From an uncultured candidate division Zixibacteria bacterium (GTDB taxonomy: Bacteria > Zixibacteria > MSB-5A5 > UBA10806 > 4484-95): 64,000 nucleotides of DNA. This document shows positions 37,986-48,810 of this stretch, one piece after another. The translations under genes and the position numbers were made by a program. How positions within the stretch are numbered: the first letter of the stretch is position 1; every line of letters begins with the position of its first letter. The stretch lies in the NCBI GenBank assembly GCA_963668625.2, contig CAXXKA010000001.1:32001-96000 (forward strand), written 5' to 3'. The notes under the pieces were generated by a model. It worked only from the letters and a program-made list of their open reading frames with translations, was not told the DNA's origin and did no database searches.

Positions 37986-39326
37986 TTACCGGTACCATTT
38001 CATGATCGAATCAACCGTTGCGTTTATCACACCGTACGCCAGCGGTGACGGTGTCAGCAGGGGATGAGTGCCTATTTGCAATGTATCGATTTCCATATCC
38101 GTCATCTTCTGCTGTATCATTACCGAAAGCATATTCACGCATTCACCGACAGAATCGCCGCCAAGTACCTGGGCGCCGAGCAATACATGAGTGTACTTGG
38201 AGAAGATCAACTTAACCCTCATTTTCGTGGCATCCGGTAGTTTGCCGGGGTGACGGTCTATCGTTTCGGTCACGCCGGAAACGTATTCGAGCTTCATAGC
38301 TTTTGCGCGCGTTTCGGTTATTCCTGTTACTCCCAGCGCCACGTTGCCTATCTTGGTGGCGAAAGAACCGAGTGTACCGGGGAAAGCTTTAATGATATTG
38401 ATCGAGAACAGGTTCGAACCCACCAGACGTCCCTGAGACATGGCGGTCGAGGCCAGCATTATCTGACGGTAATCACCGAGGAAACAGCTTCTTTTGGCCG
38501 CACAATCACCGGCCGCGAAAATGTCATCATCGGATGTCTTCATGTACTCGTCTACGATGATGCCGTATTTGTTATCAACCTGAAGATCGAATTCTCTCGC
38601 CAGTGAGAGGTTGGGCTTAAAGCCTATAGAAATGACTACCCAGTCGGCTTCCTCGATATTGCCGTTTTCGAGCCTGGCCCGGATAGTACTACCGTTATCG
38701 ATAAACTCCTCGACACCGTAGCCGGTTACAACATTGACTCCCTGCTTAGTTAGTTCATCTTTAATCACGGCGCTGAATTCCGGATCAATCGATGTAGGCA
38801 GCAGGTTGGGTAATTTCTCTACCAGCGTTACTTTCACGTCATTCTTCGCTATCTCATCGGCCAGCTCTACTCCCACATATCCGCCTCCGACCACGATTAC
38901 GCTCCTGGCGGATCTGGCTTTTTCTCGTGCCTGTTTCAGCGAATCATAATCTTTCGAAAGAATGAATACTTTTTCGAGGTCTATACCGGGAATGGGCGGC
39001 TTTACGGGATTAGAACCTGACGCCAAGACGAGTTTCTCGTATTTTACTTGCTCGCCGTCTTTTAACTCCAGCGTTTTACCGTTCTTGCCGGTAACTTCGC
39101 CGATGATCAAATCCGCTTTGCACTTATCGAGCAGGGCGTCCGGCAGTATGTCATCATCGACCGAATCCAGACGATGCATGATATAGGGAATACCGCAGGG
39201 GATTAGCGCGATTTTTTCCTTTCGAATCAAGGCGATTGATTTATCAGGATGAGAACTCCTGGCTGAAATCGCTGCCTGAACACCGGCAGGTCCGCCGCCG
39301 ATAATGACGATATCATAGGTTTTCAC
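37986..39326 (-). CDS. FAD-dependent oxidoreductase (CoA-disulfide reductase / NADH oxidase family)
   Basis: GGGPAG, single active-site Cys in PCGIPY, GGGYVG, FAAGDC. Confidence 0.88.
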   Translation of the reverse strand: MKTYDIVIIGGGPAGVQAAISARSSHPDKSIALIRKEKIALIPCGIPYIMHRLDSVDDDILPDALLDKCKADLIIGEVTGKNGKTLELKDGEQVKYEKLVLASGSNPVKPPIPGIDLEKVFILSKDYDSLKQAREKARSARSVIVVGGGYVGVELADEIAKNDVKVTLVEKLPNLLPTSIDPEFSAVIKDELTKQGVNVVTGYGVEEFIDNGSTIRARLENGNIEEADWVVISIGFKPNLSLAREFDLQVDNKYGIIVDEYMKTSDDDIFAAGDCAAKRSCFLGDYRQIMLASTAMSQGRLVGSNLFSINIIKAFPGTLGSFATKIGNVALGVTGITETRAKAMKLEYVSGVTETIDRHPGKLPDATKMRVKLIFSKYTHVLLGAQVLGGDSVGECVNMLSVMIQQKMTDMEIDTLQIGTHPLLTPSPLAYGVINATVDSIMKWYR

Positions 39327-39386
39327 TTTGCCTTATCTCCTTAAAAAATAATTCGTAATTTAGTTTACGGTTCTCATAATAAACTT

Positions 39387-39833
39387 TTAGTCGTAAGCTT
39401 TACGAGTCACCTCATCCGTGAACGTATCCTGAATTATTTCCTGGTATTTGGCCGATTGCCAGGTCCCCAGCTTCTCATGAATATCCAGATATTTTTGCGG
39501 TATCGGATGAGTGCCGTAAATGACTTTAACATTAAAAGCCGTTTCGATATAATTTTTAAAATAGTTGAGGTAGGGGCAGGGCGGATAACCTACGATAAAC
39601 CCTGTTGCCAGATGAATCACCTCGGCTCCGTTTTTAACCATCTCCGCCGGCGAGTATTCGATATTACCGCCGGGACAGCCGCCACAGGTAGTATAACCAA
39701 CCAGCTCTATTTCACGATCCTGATAAATACCGAACGCGCCCTCACGATTTTTTATTGCTCTGAAACACTTCCCGCCGGCGCATAACCTGTATCTATCGCA
39801 AATTATTATTCCGATTTTGACCGGGTTGGTCAT
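39387..39833 (-). CDS. CGGC domain protein
   Basis: CAGGKC, TCGGCPG, PPCP, GTH. Confidence 0.85.
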   Translation of the reverse strand: MTNPVKIGIIICDRYRLCAGGKCFRAIKNREGAFGIYQDREIELVGYTTCGGCPGGNIEYSPAEMVKNGAEVIHLATGFIVGYPPCPYLNYFKNYIETAFNVKVIYGTHPIPQKYLDIHEKLGTWQSAKYQEIIQDTFTDEVTRKAYD

Positions 39834-39904
39834 TGCTCCTCCAGTATATCAGGACTTGCCTGAATTTAGAACCGGCTATCTCCGCCGCTTTATCATCCTT
39901 GTTT

Positions 39905-40285
39905 TTAATGATTACCGCAATCATCGTGGCCGTGTGATTTAAAACCCGGATCATCACAAAGATTACCGCCTAATTCCAGGCGATTCTCCAGGAAGGATTT
40001 CACCAGGGCTTCCGGTTTTTGAACTTGCGCGCCGCAAACTACTTGCATACCGTTTTGCTGAAACAGGGCCACCGCGCGGCCGCCCATACCACCGGCTATG
40101 ACATGGGAACAGCCTAATTCATGAAGCCATGCCGGTAACACACCCATATCATGCGGAGGAGGCGTCAAGGATTCAACCGATTTGATAATTTTCGTGTCTT
40201 CCTCGATTTCAAAAATAGTGAATAACTGGCAATGGCCGAAGTGGGGGCAGAGGACGCCGTTTTCCGTGGGTATCGCGATTTTCAT
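39905..40285 (-). CDS. NifB/NifX family (MTH1175-like) protein
   Basis: KIAIP, HFGHC, IAGGMG. Confidence 0.85.
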   Translation of the reverse strand: MKIAIPTENGVLCPHFGHCQLFTIFEIEEDTKIIKSVESLTPPPHDMGVLPAWLHELGCSHVIAGGMGGRAVALFQQNGMQVVCGAQVQKPEALVKSFLENRLELGGNLCDDPGFKSHGHDDCGNH

Positions 40286-40303
40286 AAAAGTATCTCCTTA
40301 ATT

Positions 40304-41212
40304 TTAGATTGCTTTTTTACTCGTTTGCGCATCCGATATGGTCATCAGCCTGGCGTGAACACTTCTCCATATCGTTTCTATATTCATCCTGTTATTCTCC
40401 GAGGCCTCGGTTATGTAGGGCTTCCCCTGAATTTGGGCCTCGGTGAAAACTTTATCGAATGGTATTTTACCATGAAATCCGATTCTGTTGTCGGCGGCAT
40501 ATTCCTCGATACGTTGGCTTAACTCCGTATTGATATCGAATTTATTGATACACAGGCCGACCCTGATTTTGAAATGACTTGCGAGTTCGACCAGGCGTTT
40601 CATGTCGTGCATTGCCGAAAGCGAGGGTTCGGTTACGATAAGCAGGTAGGTAGCTCCGGTCAACGAGGCAATAACAGGGCAGCCTATTCCGGGAGGTCCA
40701 TCTACAAGTATTAGATCGAAATTCGATTCGACTGCTTTTTCGTGGGCTTTCTTTTTCAGAACCGATACGAGTTTGCCGGAATTCGCCTCGGCGATTCCCA
40801 GTTTAGCGTGAAAGAACGGGCCGAAAGCCGAATCCGAATCATAATGTTCGCCGCTAATGACCGGTTCGAACTCTATAGCATCCTCGGGACAAAGTTCTTT
40901 GCAAAGTCCGCATCCCTCGCAGGAAAGTCGATCGATAGAGTAGACACCTTCTCCGTCGATTTCGATTGCCTCGAAACGGCATTTTTCCGAACAAATTCCA
41001 CAGGAACTGCATCTTGATTTTACGATAGATGCTTTTTTACTCGAGGAGAAATCATGTTTCTCGATTATATCGTGATCGATGATCAGGTTCAAATTAGCGG
41101 CATCGACATCGCAGTCTACCAGCACGGTTTTACCCGCCAGAGCCGCGAACGAACCGACTAGACTAGTCTTGCCCGTACCGCCTTTACCGCTGGCAACAAC
41201 CAACTCAACCAT
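40304..41212 (-). CDS. MinD-like P-loop ATPase with inserted ferredoxin
   Basis: SGKGGTGKT, DCDVD, two CxxCxxCxxxC, DGPPGIGCP. Confidence 0.88.
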   Translation of the reverse strand: MVELVVASGKGGTGKTSLVGSFAALAGKTVLVDCDVDAANLNLIIDHDIIEKHDFSSSKKASIVKSRCSSCGICSEKCRFEAIEIDGEGVYSIDRLSCEGCGLCKELCPEDAIEFEPVISGEHYDSDSAFGPFFHAKLGIAEANSGKLVSVLKKKAHEKAVESNFDLILVDGPPGIGCPVIASLTGATYLLIVTEPSLSAMHDMKRLVELASHFKIRVGLCINKFDINTELSQRIEEYAADNRIGFHGKIPFDKVFTEAQIQGKPYITEASENNRMNIETIWRSVHARLMTISDAQTSKKAI

Positions 41213-42056
41213 AGCTAACTCTTTTCATGATATTTCTGTAAAGATCCTGAATTTTAGTGTTGAAAATTTCACTGCTGTCGATCGCCAACTCGCCCCGGGA
41301 ATAAGCTTCGGCGAGCGCTAACTCGAAAGGTATCTCGAGAAGGATTTCGATATTGTTCTCCTTGCAGAAATTCACCGTTCTATCGTCGCCCATATCGGAA
41401 CGATTAATAACTACGCCGAACGGTATTTCGAGTTTTAACAGCATCTCATAGGCCAGTTTCAAATCGTTCAAACCGAACGGCGTGGGTTCGGTGACAAGTA
41501 CCGCATAGTCGCAGTCTTTAACCGCTTCGATAACGGGGCAGGAGGTACCGGGAGGCGCATCGATAATAACAATGGCATCTTTCGGCAGCATTTTTTTTAG
41601 CTCTTTGGTTACCGGCGGCGCCATAGCCTCGCCCACATCCAGACGGCCGGAGATAACTTTAGATCGAGATGATTCCCCTGTAATGATTACACCTATTTTA
41701 CGGGAAGTTTCGGTTATCGCCCCGGTTGGACAGAGTTCGACACAGGCGCCGCAGCTATGACAGAGAGATGGGAAAACAAGTGGCTCGGGACCGAGTATCG
41801 CGATGGCGTTGAACTGGCAAACCTTGGAGCATATACCGCAAAGATCACAGTCCTCCATATCGAATGAGGGGATTGCCACCTCTACATCTATTTCTTTCGT
41901 GTTATCATGATGTAAAAAAATGTGACCGTTGGGTTCCTCGACATCACAATCGGCATAGACAACCGGTTCATTCGATACCGCAGCAGCGGCCGCGATATTA
42001 GTCGCTATAGTTGTTTTACCGGTTCCCCCTTTGCCACTGGCAAAAGCGATTTTCAA
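41205..42056 (-). CDS. MinD-like P-loop ATPase with inserted ferredoxin
   Basis: SGKGGTGKT, DCDVEEPN, two CxxCxxCxxxC, DAPPGTSCP. Confidence 0.88.
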   Translation of the reverse strand: MKIAFASGKGGTGKTTIATNIAAAAAVSNEPVVYADCDVEEPNGHIFLHHDNTKEIDVEVAIPSFDMEDCDLCGICSKVCQFNAIAILGPEPLVFPSLCHSCGACVELCPTGAITETSRKIGVIITGESSRSKVISGRLDVGEAMAPPVTKELKKMLPKDAIVIIDAPPGTSCPVIEAVKDCDYAVLVTEPTPFGLNDLKLAYEMLLKLEIPFGVVINRSDMGDDRTVNFCKENNIEILLEIPFELALAEAYSRGELAIDSSEIFNTKIQDLYRNIMKRVSYG

Positions 42057-42071
42057 GCTGACATCCTTGCT

Positions 42072-42326
42072 TTACTGTTCTCGGTTCATACTAGCGCCGC
42101 ATTTGGGACATGAAACTTCATAACAGGGTACGCCTCTTTCGTGTGGGATGGAAGCGCCACAGTCGGGGCATACACAGTTGCCGCCGGGGCCAAATCTACC
42201 GCCTTGCCCCATGCCTCGTCCCATACCGCGACCTTGACCGCCGCCCTGGCCTCTGCCGGATCCGCCGCCCTGACCTTTGCCTGAGCCACCGCCCTGGCCC
42301 GAGCCTCTACCGCCTTGCATTTTCAT
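42072..42326 (-). CDS. Small Gly-rich Cys-ribbon protein
   Basis: GQGGGSG repeats followed by CVCPDCG..H.RG.PC..CPKCG. Confidence 0.7.
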   Translation of the reverse strand: MKMQGGRGSGQGGGSGKGQGGGSGRGQGGGQGRGMGRGMGQGGRFGPGGNCVCPDCGASIPHERGVPCYEVSCPKCGASMNREQ

Positions 42327-42721
42327 TATTTACTACCTTTCTCCGAGGCATTGATCTCATCCAGACGTTTATTAATATCATCCAGCATAGCCTTTAAGCT
42401 TTCAGCCTCTGTCAACAAGTACTCTCGTTCATTTCTCGAAACTTCCTCAAAGGCGCCCGGTTGGTCATATCCGTAATCGGCGGATATGCTAGCTCTTCTG
42501 CCCATTCCCGGAGAACCTGGCGCGAAAAATCTGTTTCTTCTACCTCTACCGAATCCGCCTCCGCTAAATCCTCGATTGCCAAAACCGAACCCGGCTCCTC
42601 CACCAAATCCACGCCTTACCGGATTGGCAAATCCCGGTACCCGATTCCCGGTGCAATAACCGGCGGCACGTCCCGTTCTGGGACCTGCTCCTAATGGTCC
42701 TGTTCTATCTCCACCTGGCAT
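42326..42721 (-). CDS. DUF5320 family protein
   Basis: MPGGDRTGPLGAGPRTGR.AGYC, Gly/Arg-rich middle, C-terminal coil. Confidence 0.85.
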   Translation of the reverse strand: MPGGDRTGPLGAGPRTGRAAGYCTGNRVPGFANPVRRGFGGGAGFGFGNRGFSGGGFGRGRRNRFFAPGSPGMGRRASISADYGYDQPGAFEEVSRNEREYLLTEAESLKAMLDDINKRLDEINASEKGSK

Positions 42722-42754
42722 AGTATACCTCCAACTATTTTGTCATTATTTAAT

Positions 42755-43117
42755 TTATCTCCAATGTCCTCTTACATTGGCCTCAGGCAATTCCTCGAGC
42801 TTATTTTCCTTGATCAGTTTTATCGCCTCTTCGACAGTGCCCTCGCTCCAGCAGGCGACCTTAATTTTTGCCGCTTTGAGGCCAGCGAAAGCTTTTGGTC
42901 CCATATTACCCGAAATTACCCAATCGACTCGCCTGGCAGCTACGGTTTGGGCCGCCTGTACTCCTGCGCCCTGAGATGCCTGAGCGTTGTCATCATTTGA
43001 TACAGCCTCGAATGAGTCATCATCGGTGTTGTAAATGATGAAAAAGGCCGCGCGTCCGAACCTGGGATCAACTGGGCTTTGAAGGTCTTTGCCTCCAGCC
43101 GAAACAGCTATTTTCAT
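42755..43117 (-). CDS. NifB/NifX family (Orange protein-like)
   Basis: VDPRFGRA, GAGVQAAQ, GNMGPKA, ANV.GHW. Confidence 0.88.
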   Translation of the reverse strand: MKIAVSAGGKDLQSPVDPRFGRAAFFIIYNTDDDSFEAVSNDDNAQASQGAGVQAAQTVAARRVDWVISGNMGPKAFAGLKAAKIKVACWSEGTVEEAIKLIKENKLEELPEANVRGHWR

Positions 43118-43539
43118 GAATCCTCCTGATCTTGATACTTATTGATTTTATCCGAATCACACATTTCTCGGTTGCGTATCCCTTTCCGACATCTCGCCCG
43201 GCGACCACATCCCGGCAGGCTGAACCTCTCACTGGCCAGCTCACCGTCGAGATACGCGCGTATAACATCTTTTATCTCACCCGTAAGCCAGGGGAGTACA
43301 TTGATTCCCAGTCGCACCAGGGTTCTCCGTAATGGTCTCGATAAAGCGCCGCAGAGAATGGTATCTACTTTAAGCTCGGCAATATATTTAGCTTTCCGTG
43401 TGAAATGAGTCTGGGGCAGGCTTATCAGTTCATGTTCTGGCTCCGATTGACCGTCGATATCGAATACAGCAAGGCATGCGGCCGAATCTAAAACCGGCGA
43501 TACGCGCTTGTCCCATATCGGAATTGCAACCTTTTCCAT
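43114..43539 (-). CDS. NifB/NifX family protein
   Basis: KVAIPIWDKRVSPVLD, ILCGALS; ATG at 43539 lies downstream of the sigma54 promoter. Confidence 0.8.
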   Translation of the reverse strand: MEKVAIPIWDKRVSPVLDSAACLAVFDIDGQSEPEHELISLPQTHFTRKAKYIAELKVDTILCGALSRPLRRTLVRLGINVLPWLTGEIKDVIRAYLDGELASERFSLPGCGRRARCRKGIRNREMCDSDKINKYQDQEDS

Positions 43540-43554
43540 AATAACATAAGAGGA

Positions 43555-43570
43555 TGCATTATTCATGCCA
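43555..43570 (-). promoter_or_regulatory. Sigma54 (-24/-12) promoter of the orp-like operon
   Basis: TGGCATGAATAATGCA on the - strand, GG-N10-GC. Confidence 0.75.
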
Positions 43571-43717
43571 TCCTGATGTATTTTTACATCTATTATATAT
43601 GATATTGATATATAAAAGGTTATGATTAATGCTTGGACATATTAATACGATAGGTAAATATGGATATTGCAATATTGCAAATATGGATAGTTGTACGGTT
43701 GTAATAATGCAATACTC

Positions 43718-45052
43718 TCAGGATGTCTGATCGAGGTTGTATTTTTTTATTTTGCGCCACAAAGTGGTTTTATGCATTCCTAGTTTCGAGGCTGTTATTT
43801 GGCGATTCCAGTTATTATTGCGGAGAGCGCTTAATATCATTTTCGATTCCAGTTCGGCCAGGTTCGATGATTCTATGGGCTTTTCATCCTCCGGAGGTTT
43901 TAAATGGGAGGGTAAATCGGTAACGTTGATGATCGATTCCTGACATAAAACGAAAGCGTGTTCTACAATATTCTTCAGTTCCCTGATATTACCAGGGTAA
44001 TCATGATTCATTAATATGTTTAAAACATCGGGGGATATGTCGGTTACCTGCTTATTCTTGAGTGAATTCAACTGGTTAATAAAGTAATTAACCAATAATG
44101 GCAAATCCTCCTTGCGTTCCCTGAGAGGGGGCAGGGTTAACTTTATTACATTAATCCTATAGTAAAGATCCTCGCGGAACTTGCCGGATTTTACCATTCG
44201 TTCGAGATTTTTATTAGTGGCCGCTATGATTCTGACATCCGTTTCATAAGAGCGGGTTGCTCCCAGTGGCTCATAAGTTTTTTCCTGAAGTACCCGTAGT
44301 AAGCGTACCTGAAGAGCGGTCGATATATCGTTTATCTCATCGAGGAATATCGTTCCCCCGTCAGCTAATGCGAACCGGCCGGGTTTGTCTTTGCGAGCAT
44401 CGGTAAACGCCCCTTCTTTATAGCCGAATAGCTCGGCCTCCAGAAGGTTATCGGGCAGGGCGCCGCAGTTGATGGTAACTATCGGTTTGTCGTTCCGGGT
44501 TGACAGGTCGTGTATGGCATGGGCTATCAGTTCTTTTCCGGTGCCGCTTTCACCTTCGATCAGTACGCTGCTATCGCTTTCGGCTACCGTGGGGAGGATA
44601 TCGAATATCTCGAGCATACGCGAGTTTTTGCTGATGATATCCTGGAACGAGTAGCGTTTTTCCAATTCGCGGCGAAGCTGTTCTATGGGGGTTAAATCCC
44701 TGAAAGTTTCGACTCCGCCGATAACTTTGCCATCCCTGTTTTTTAAAAGTGCGGTGGAGATACTTATCGGGATTCTCTCCTCATCGCTGCCGATTATATA
44801 AATTACTTTATTTATGATGGGCCGGCCTGTTTGCATTGTCTGTCTCAAGGCGCAGTCGGTCTCGCATATCGAGGCGCGGAATATCTCGCAGCATCGCTTG
44901 CCGATAGCCTCCTCACGGTCGATGCCAATGATATCCTCGGCGGCTTTGTTGAATGAGGTTATCCGCCAGTTCTCATCGACAGTGAATACACCGTCGGCGA
45001 TGCTATCGAGAATCGTATCGGTGGCGTCGATATATTGTGGATCATTATTCAT
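43718..45052 (-). CDS. PAS-sigma54 activator-Fis HTH (OrpR-like)
   Basis: PAS with C-x8-C-x3-C, GESGTGKE, GAFTDA, HTH. Confidence 0.9.
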   Translation of the reverse strand: MNNDPQYIDATDTILDSIADGVFTVDENWRITSFNKAAEDIIGIDREEAIGKRCCEIFRASICETDCALRQTMQTGRPIINKVIYIIGSDEERIPISISTALLKNRDGKVIGGVETFRDLTPIEQLRRELEKRYSFQDIISKNSRMLEIFDILPTVAESDSSVLIEGESGTGKELIAHAIHDLSTRNDKPIVTINCGALPDNLLEAELFGYKEGAFTDARKDKPGRFALADGGTIFLDEINDISTALQVRLLRVLQEKTYEPLGATRSYETDVRIIAATNKNLERMVKSGKFREDLYYRINVIKLTLPPLRERKEDLPLLVNYFINQLNSLKNKQVTDISPDVLNILMNHDYPGNIRELKNIVEHAFVLCQESIINVTDLPSHLKPPEDEKPIESSNLAELESKMILSALRNNNWNRQITASKLGMHKTTLWRKIKKYNLDQTS

Positions 45053-45111
45053 ACGTATATAATATAGTGGTTTAGGTTCAATCTATAAAGGGGAAATTCA
45101 GGTTTTTATAT

Positions 45112-46044
45112 TTATTCCAAATCATACCCCGATGGCAAAATAAACAGCTCGCCATGATATTCTATTTTGCGAAGCTGTTTATTTTTCAGTAGTTTTTCTA
45201 TCTCTCCGGGTTTCGAGAAGTGATGTTCGATCATCACGGCCTGGTTATGTCTTAACGGGTGGCGGGATGATAACTGCTGAATCGCTTGTAGAACCGATAT
45301 GAAATTGGCCAATCCGAATTCCCCTTTTTCGGCGGAGGTCATGGTATCCGTACCTTTTAGAAGTTGCTGGGCATACAGTATTTTTTCCAGTGATGGCGGG
45401 TTAACCCATTTTTCGGCCGGGGGACGAGTCGGAATTGAAATATCGACTATATCCGGATTGATCGTATCGATTATACCTTTAAGCTTCCTTAAGTGTCTTT
45501 CATCATCATTGATATCCTCCACCAGCATTACCTCGAGACGAATCCGGCCCGGATAAATTTCTCTAAAAGCAATCAAGCCCTCAACGATATCATTAAATCG
45601 TACCTTTCCATGCGGTCGATTGATTGCCCGAAAAACTTGTTCATCGGCGGCATCCAGTGAGGGCATCACTATATCGGCGTATAGCAGGCTCTCACGTATT
45701 TCCTTATCATGAAGCAAAGAACCGTTCGTAATAACCGCCACGGGCACGGACCAATTGCTTTTGCACCGTTTTATTATCCAGCCGAGATCGCTGGAAAGCG
45801 TCGGTTCGCCATCGCCGACAATCGTAATATAATCGGGATTAGAATTGCTTATGGCGTTTTCGATCTCACTCAAAATAGATTCTTTTTGATAATAACTACG
45901 CGGCGTAATCCTTTTATGCCTGGTTTTGCCCAGCTGACAATAGACACAGGAATATGAACAGGTCTTCCGGGGAATTATATCGACGCCGAGTGAATTCCCC
46001 AGCCTTCTTGATGGTACCGGCCCGTAAACGTTCATCTCAACCAC
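45112..46044 (-). CDS. Radical SAM protein
   Basis: YGPVPSRRLG, CSYSCVYC, GEPTL. Confidence 0.88.
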   Translation of the reverse strand: MVEMNVYGPVPSRRLGNSLGVDIIPRKTCSYSCVYCQLGKTRHKRITPRSYYQKESILSEIENAISNSNPDYITIVGDGEPTLSSDLGWIIKRCKSNWSVPVAVITNGSLLHDKEIRESLLYADIVMPSLDAADEQVFRAINRPHGKVRFNDIVEGLIAFREIYPGRIRLEVMLVEDINDDERHLRKLKGIIDTINPDIVDISIPTRPPAEKWVNPPSLEKILYAQQLLKGTDTMTSAEKGEFGLANFISVLQAIQQLSSRHPLRHNQAVMIEHHFSKPGEIEKLLKNKQLRKIEYHGELFILPSGYDLE

Positions 46045-46052
46045 CAGGCAAG

Positions 46053-48026
46053 TTAATTCCGGTGAGATTGATTAATCAACTGGACTTTATCCAACCGGGC
46101 TATCTCTTGTCTTAGTTTATCTCCCGAATTTAATTCCTGATGACAGGTGGCGCAGGTAGCCAGGTTTTCATTGCCTGTTCGGACAGCCTCTTTAGTATGG
46201 CAATCGATACAGGTTTTGTGCATGGCTTCTCTGAATGAATTCGCCGTTAGCAGGTTGATATCCTCATCTTGCTCTTTGTCCAAAAACATATCCTGTTGAT
46301 GGCATTCGAGACAATTTTTTGCGTTCGCCGCCGTTTTAGGGGTGTTTGCCTGATGACATTCCTTGCAGGAATTATTAGCCGGATGAAAACCATTCAGGTT
46401 CTCCTTATCGGCAATATAAGTTTGATGAGCCTCATGGTTGAATATGACAGTCGAGCTATTCATATTGCGGTGGCAGGTGAAGCAGGGGGTAGACTTATCA
46501 TTTGGCATTGAGACGTGATGGCATTTATTGCAGGAAATGGAGCCGCCGAGTCTTACCTGATGTTCCAGGTGCGCGAATTCGGTCGATAAGCCATTACGGT
46601 TGCCATCGATTTTTAGTACCTTGCGCTCGGCATCAATGCCTATCGATGGTTTGACCAATTTTGTATTATCGTTGTTTTTGAAATACGGAGGATACATCAG
46701 GACAAACGCCAGCGGTATGGTAATTATGACAATCAACGAAACGCGATGCAGGCTATCCATGAAAACCGTATTCCATATCTGGCGGAGAGTACCGAATGGT
46801 TGACGGAACATACCCGCGCGGCTTTGCACGGCCGGAGGGTTATCGCTGAAAATGGGCAGGTTTTCGGCAATGAAGAAAAACACTATACCGGCTGCGGCAA
46901 CCACACCGATGCTTAATGCCCACTCGGCAAGAGAGGGGAAATAGACAACGCCGGCATCACGGAAATAGCCGAATATACCGACATCCATCCTGTTTAACGC
47001 CAACCCCATAGCTCCCGATAATCCGGCGAATCCTACCATCACCGGCGATCGCCTCGATTTGGGAATCGATAGCAGTATTATAGGGATAACGGCGGTTATT
47101 GTTAGTTCGAAAATGTACAGCCAGCTTTCCCAACTACCGGCAAGCAAAGCATCCCAGCTACCATGCACGAACAGGTCGGCAATTTTCAGCATGAGGTATA
47201 CGGCCATGATCCCGGCGGCAATGGTGGCCAACTGGCGCACCATCGGGAATTGCACTCCTTCGGAATGGCTGGTCATTTTTTCGATACCGTTGGCTTTTCT
47301 CAATAGCGGGATATTTCTCATCTTGGCCCGGCCGAATATGGATTCGCGATCGTACCACCATGACCATAGTATTTTAGCGAACACCGCGAACATCAAACCA
47401 CCGCCCATGGCCGATATAATAAATAAAACCGGTATCCAGGGGGTAAACCATAGCTCGTGAAGTCTTAACGGCGTAACCAAAAATAACGAGCCTAACGAGG
47501 AGTGATGCAAGCTTGAAAGAGAAATGCCAACGATTACCACTCCGGTAGCAATATGGTGAAGGAAATGAGATATTTTCTCGGCCTTTAACTTATCCAAAAA
47601 CGTTGGCGCCAGTTCTATCGCGGTAACGGTGAAATATAAAAGCACACACCAGAAAACCTCGAACAGGAACGAATTGATATTCCACATGACGATAGGATGC
47701 CAGAATCGGTGGGGTAGACCGATATCGAAAAGCAACGCCAGGCATGAACATCCATAGCCCAAAAACGCGATCAGTATGGCTGGTTTCACGAACGGGCGGA
47801 ATTTTTCCAGTTTTAAAACATATACCAGGAAACCGACAGTGAAACCACTGGTGGATATTGCCACGCCGGCTATCATATTCAATACTTTCCATAATCCCCA
47901 GGGCGCCATATCAGAAAGATTGGTTGTTGCGCCTAATCCGAATACCAACCTGAATACTCCGGCCACGAGACCAAACAGGGCGAAAAACCAGAGTATATCT
48001 TTAATCGGTCGAGTTCTACTTGTCAT
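46053..48026 (-). CDS. NrfD/HybB/HmcC-type membrane subunit fused to a hexaheme cytochrome c domain
   Basis: PWGLW, SSLHHSSLG, multiple TMs; six CxxCH motifs in the C-terminal part; start probably ATG 48026. Confidence 0.82.
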   Translation of the reverse strand: MTSRTRPIKDILWFFALFGLVAGVFRLVFGLGATTNLSDMAPWGLWKVLNMIAGVAISTSGFTVGFLVYVLKLEKFRPFVKPAILIAFLGYGCSCLALLFDIGLPHRFWHPIVMWNINSFLFEVFWCVLLYFTVTAIELAPTFLDKLKAEKISHFLHHIATGVVIVGISLSSLHHSSLGSLFLVTPLRLHELWFTPWIPVLFIISAMGGGLMFAVFAKILWSWWYDRESIFGRAKMRNIPLLRKANGIEKMTSHSEGVQFPMVRQLATIAAGIMAVYLMLKIADLFVHGSWDALLAGSWESWLYIFELTITAVIPIILLSIPKSRRSPVMVGFAGLSGAMGLALNRMDVGIFGYFRDAGVVYFPSLAEWALSIGVVAAAGIVFFFIAENLPIFSDNPPAVQSRAGMFRQPFGTLRQIWNTVFMDSLHRVSLIVIITIPLAFVLMYPPYFKNNDNTKLVKPSIGIDAERKVLKIDGNRNGLSTEFAHLEHQVRLGGSISCNKCHHVSMPNDKSTPCFTCHRNMNSSTVIFNHEAHQTYIADKENLNGFHPANNSCKECHQANTPKTAANAKNCLECHQQDMFLDKEQDEDINLLTANSFREAMHKTCIDCHTKEAVRTGNENLATCATCHQELNSGDKLRQEIARLDKVQLINQSHRN

Positions 48027-48810
48027 TGCCGGCCTCCCCGGTTGAATCTTGATTCGATATCGTGGCATTGTTTTCGTCGGCGAGTTTCATTCGTCTTTTT
48101 ATTATCCAGTTGATACTGACCAAACTGGCGGCTACTCCGAGTCCGATAAATGGCGTTTTGTGAATGAGCGGCTCGGTTAGTGTGGGGATAGCCTCCGGTT
48201 CGAACTCCGGCCAACCGATATCGGCCAGACTGACATCGGAAATATAAATTACCGAGGTACCGCCGAATTCCTTCTCGCCCCAAATATGATCGATATATTT
48301 ACCTGGGTCATTTTTGATGCGCTCTTTCGCGATGTTTATCAGATGCTCCCGTTCTCCGAATTCCAGCACACCCTGCGGGCAAGCCTCTACACAGGCGGGA
48401 AGCTGATTGTTCGTTAGCCGATCGTAACACATATCGCATTTGACCATAAGCGGTGCGATTTTATCCCACTGGTATCTGGGTATATGAAATGGGCAGGCCA
48501 ACATGCAATATCGGCAACCTATGCATTTCTCAGGATCGTACACTACCGGCCCCTCGGCGGATTTCGTTATACCGCCAACCAGGCACGCCGAGACACAACT
48601 CGGCTCCAGGCAGTGCATACAGCTTTTGCGCGCGAAACTTCCATCCGAAACTTTCAATACCGTAGATAGTCGGTTCGCTGATAAGCCATCTTTTTTAGTC
48701 GCGCGGTCGAGTTCCGCCAGTCCCTGGTCGAGATGGTTTCTGTCGATACATGCCATTACGCACTTCTCGCACGCTGTACACTTCGTGACATCAACTAATA
48801 TGCTAAACAT
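48016..48810 (-). CDS. HybA/HmcB-like 4Fe-4S protein with C-terminal TM anchor
   Basis: CTACEKC, CMHCLEPSC, CIGCRYC, KCDMC; GEKEFGGT. Confidence 0.85.
   Translation of the reverse strand: MFSILVDVTKCTACEKCVMACIDRNHLDQGLAELDRATKKDGLSANRLSTVLKVSDGSFARKSCMHCLEPSCVSACLVGGITKSAEGPVVYDPEKCIGCRYCMLACPFHIPRYQWDKIAPLMVKCDMCYDRLTNNQLPACVEACPQGVLEFGEREHLINIAKERIKNDPGKYIDHIWGEKEFGGTSVIYISDVSLADIGWPEFEPEAIPTLTEPLIHKTPFIGLGVAASLVSINWIIKRRMKLADENNATISNQDSTGEAGNDK

Noticed and set aside
42228-42320. GC-rich tandem repeats
   Set aside because: They simply encode the Gly-rich GQGGGSG tract of the 84-aa protein.
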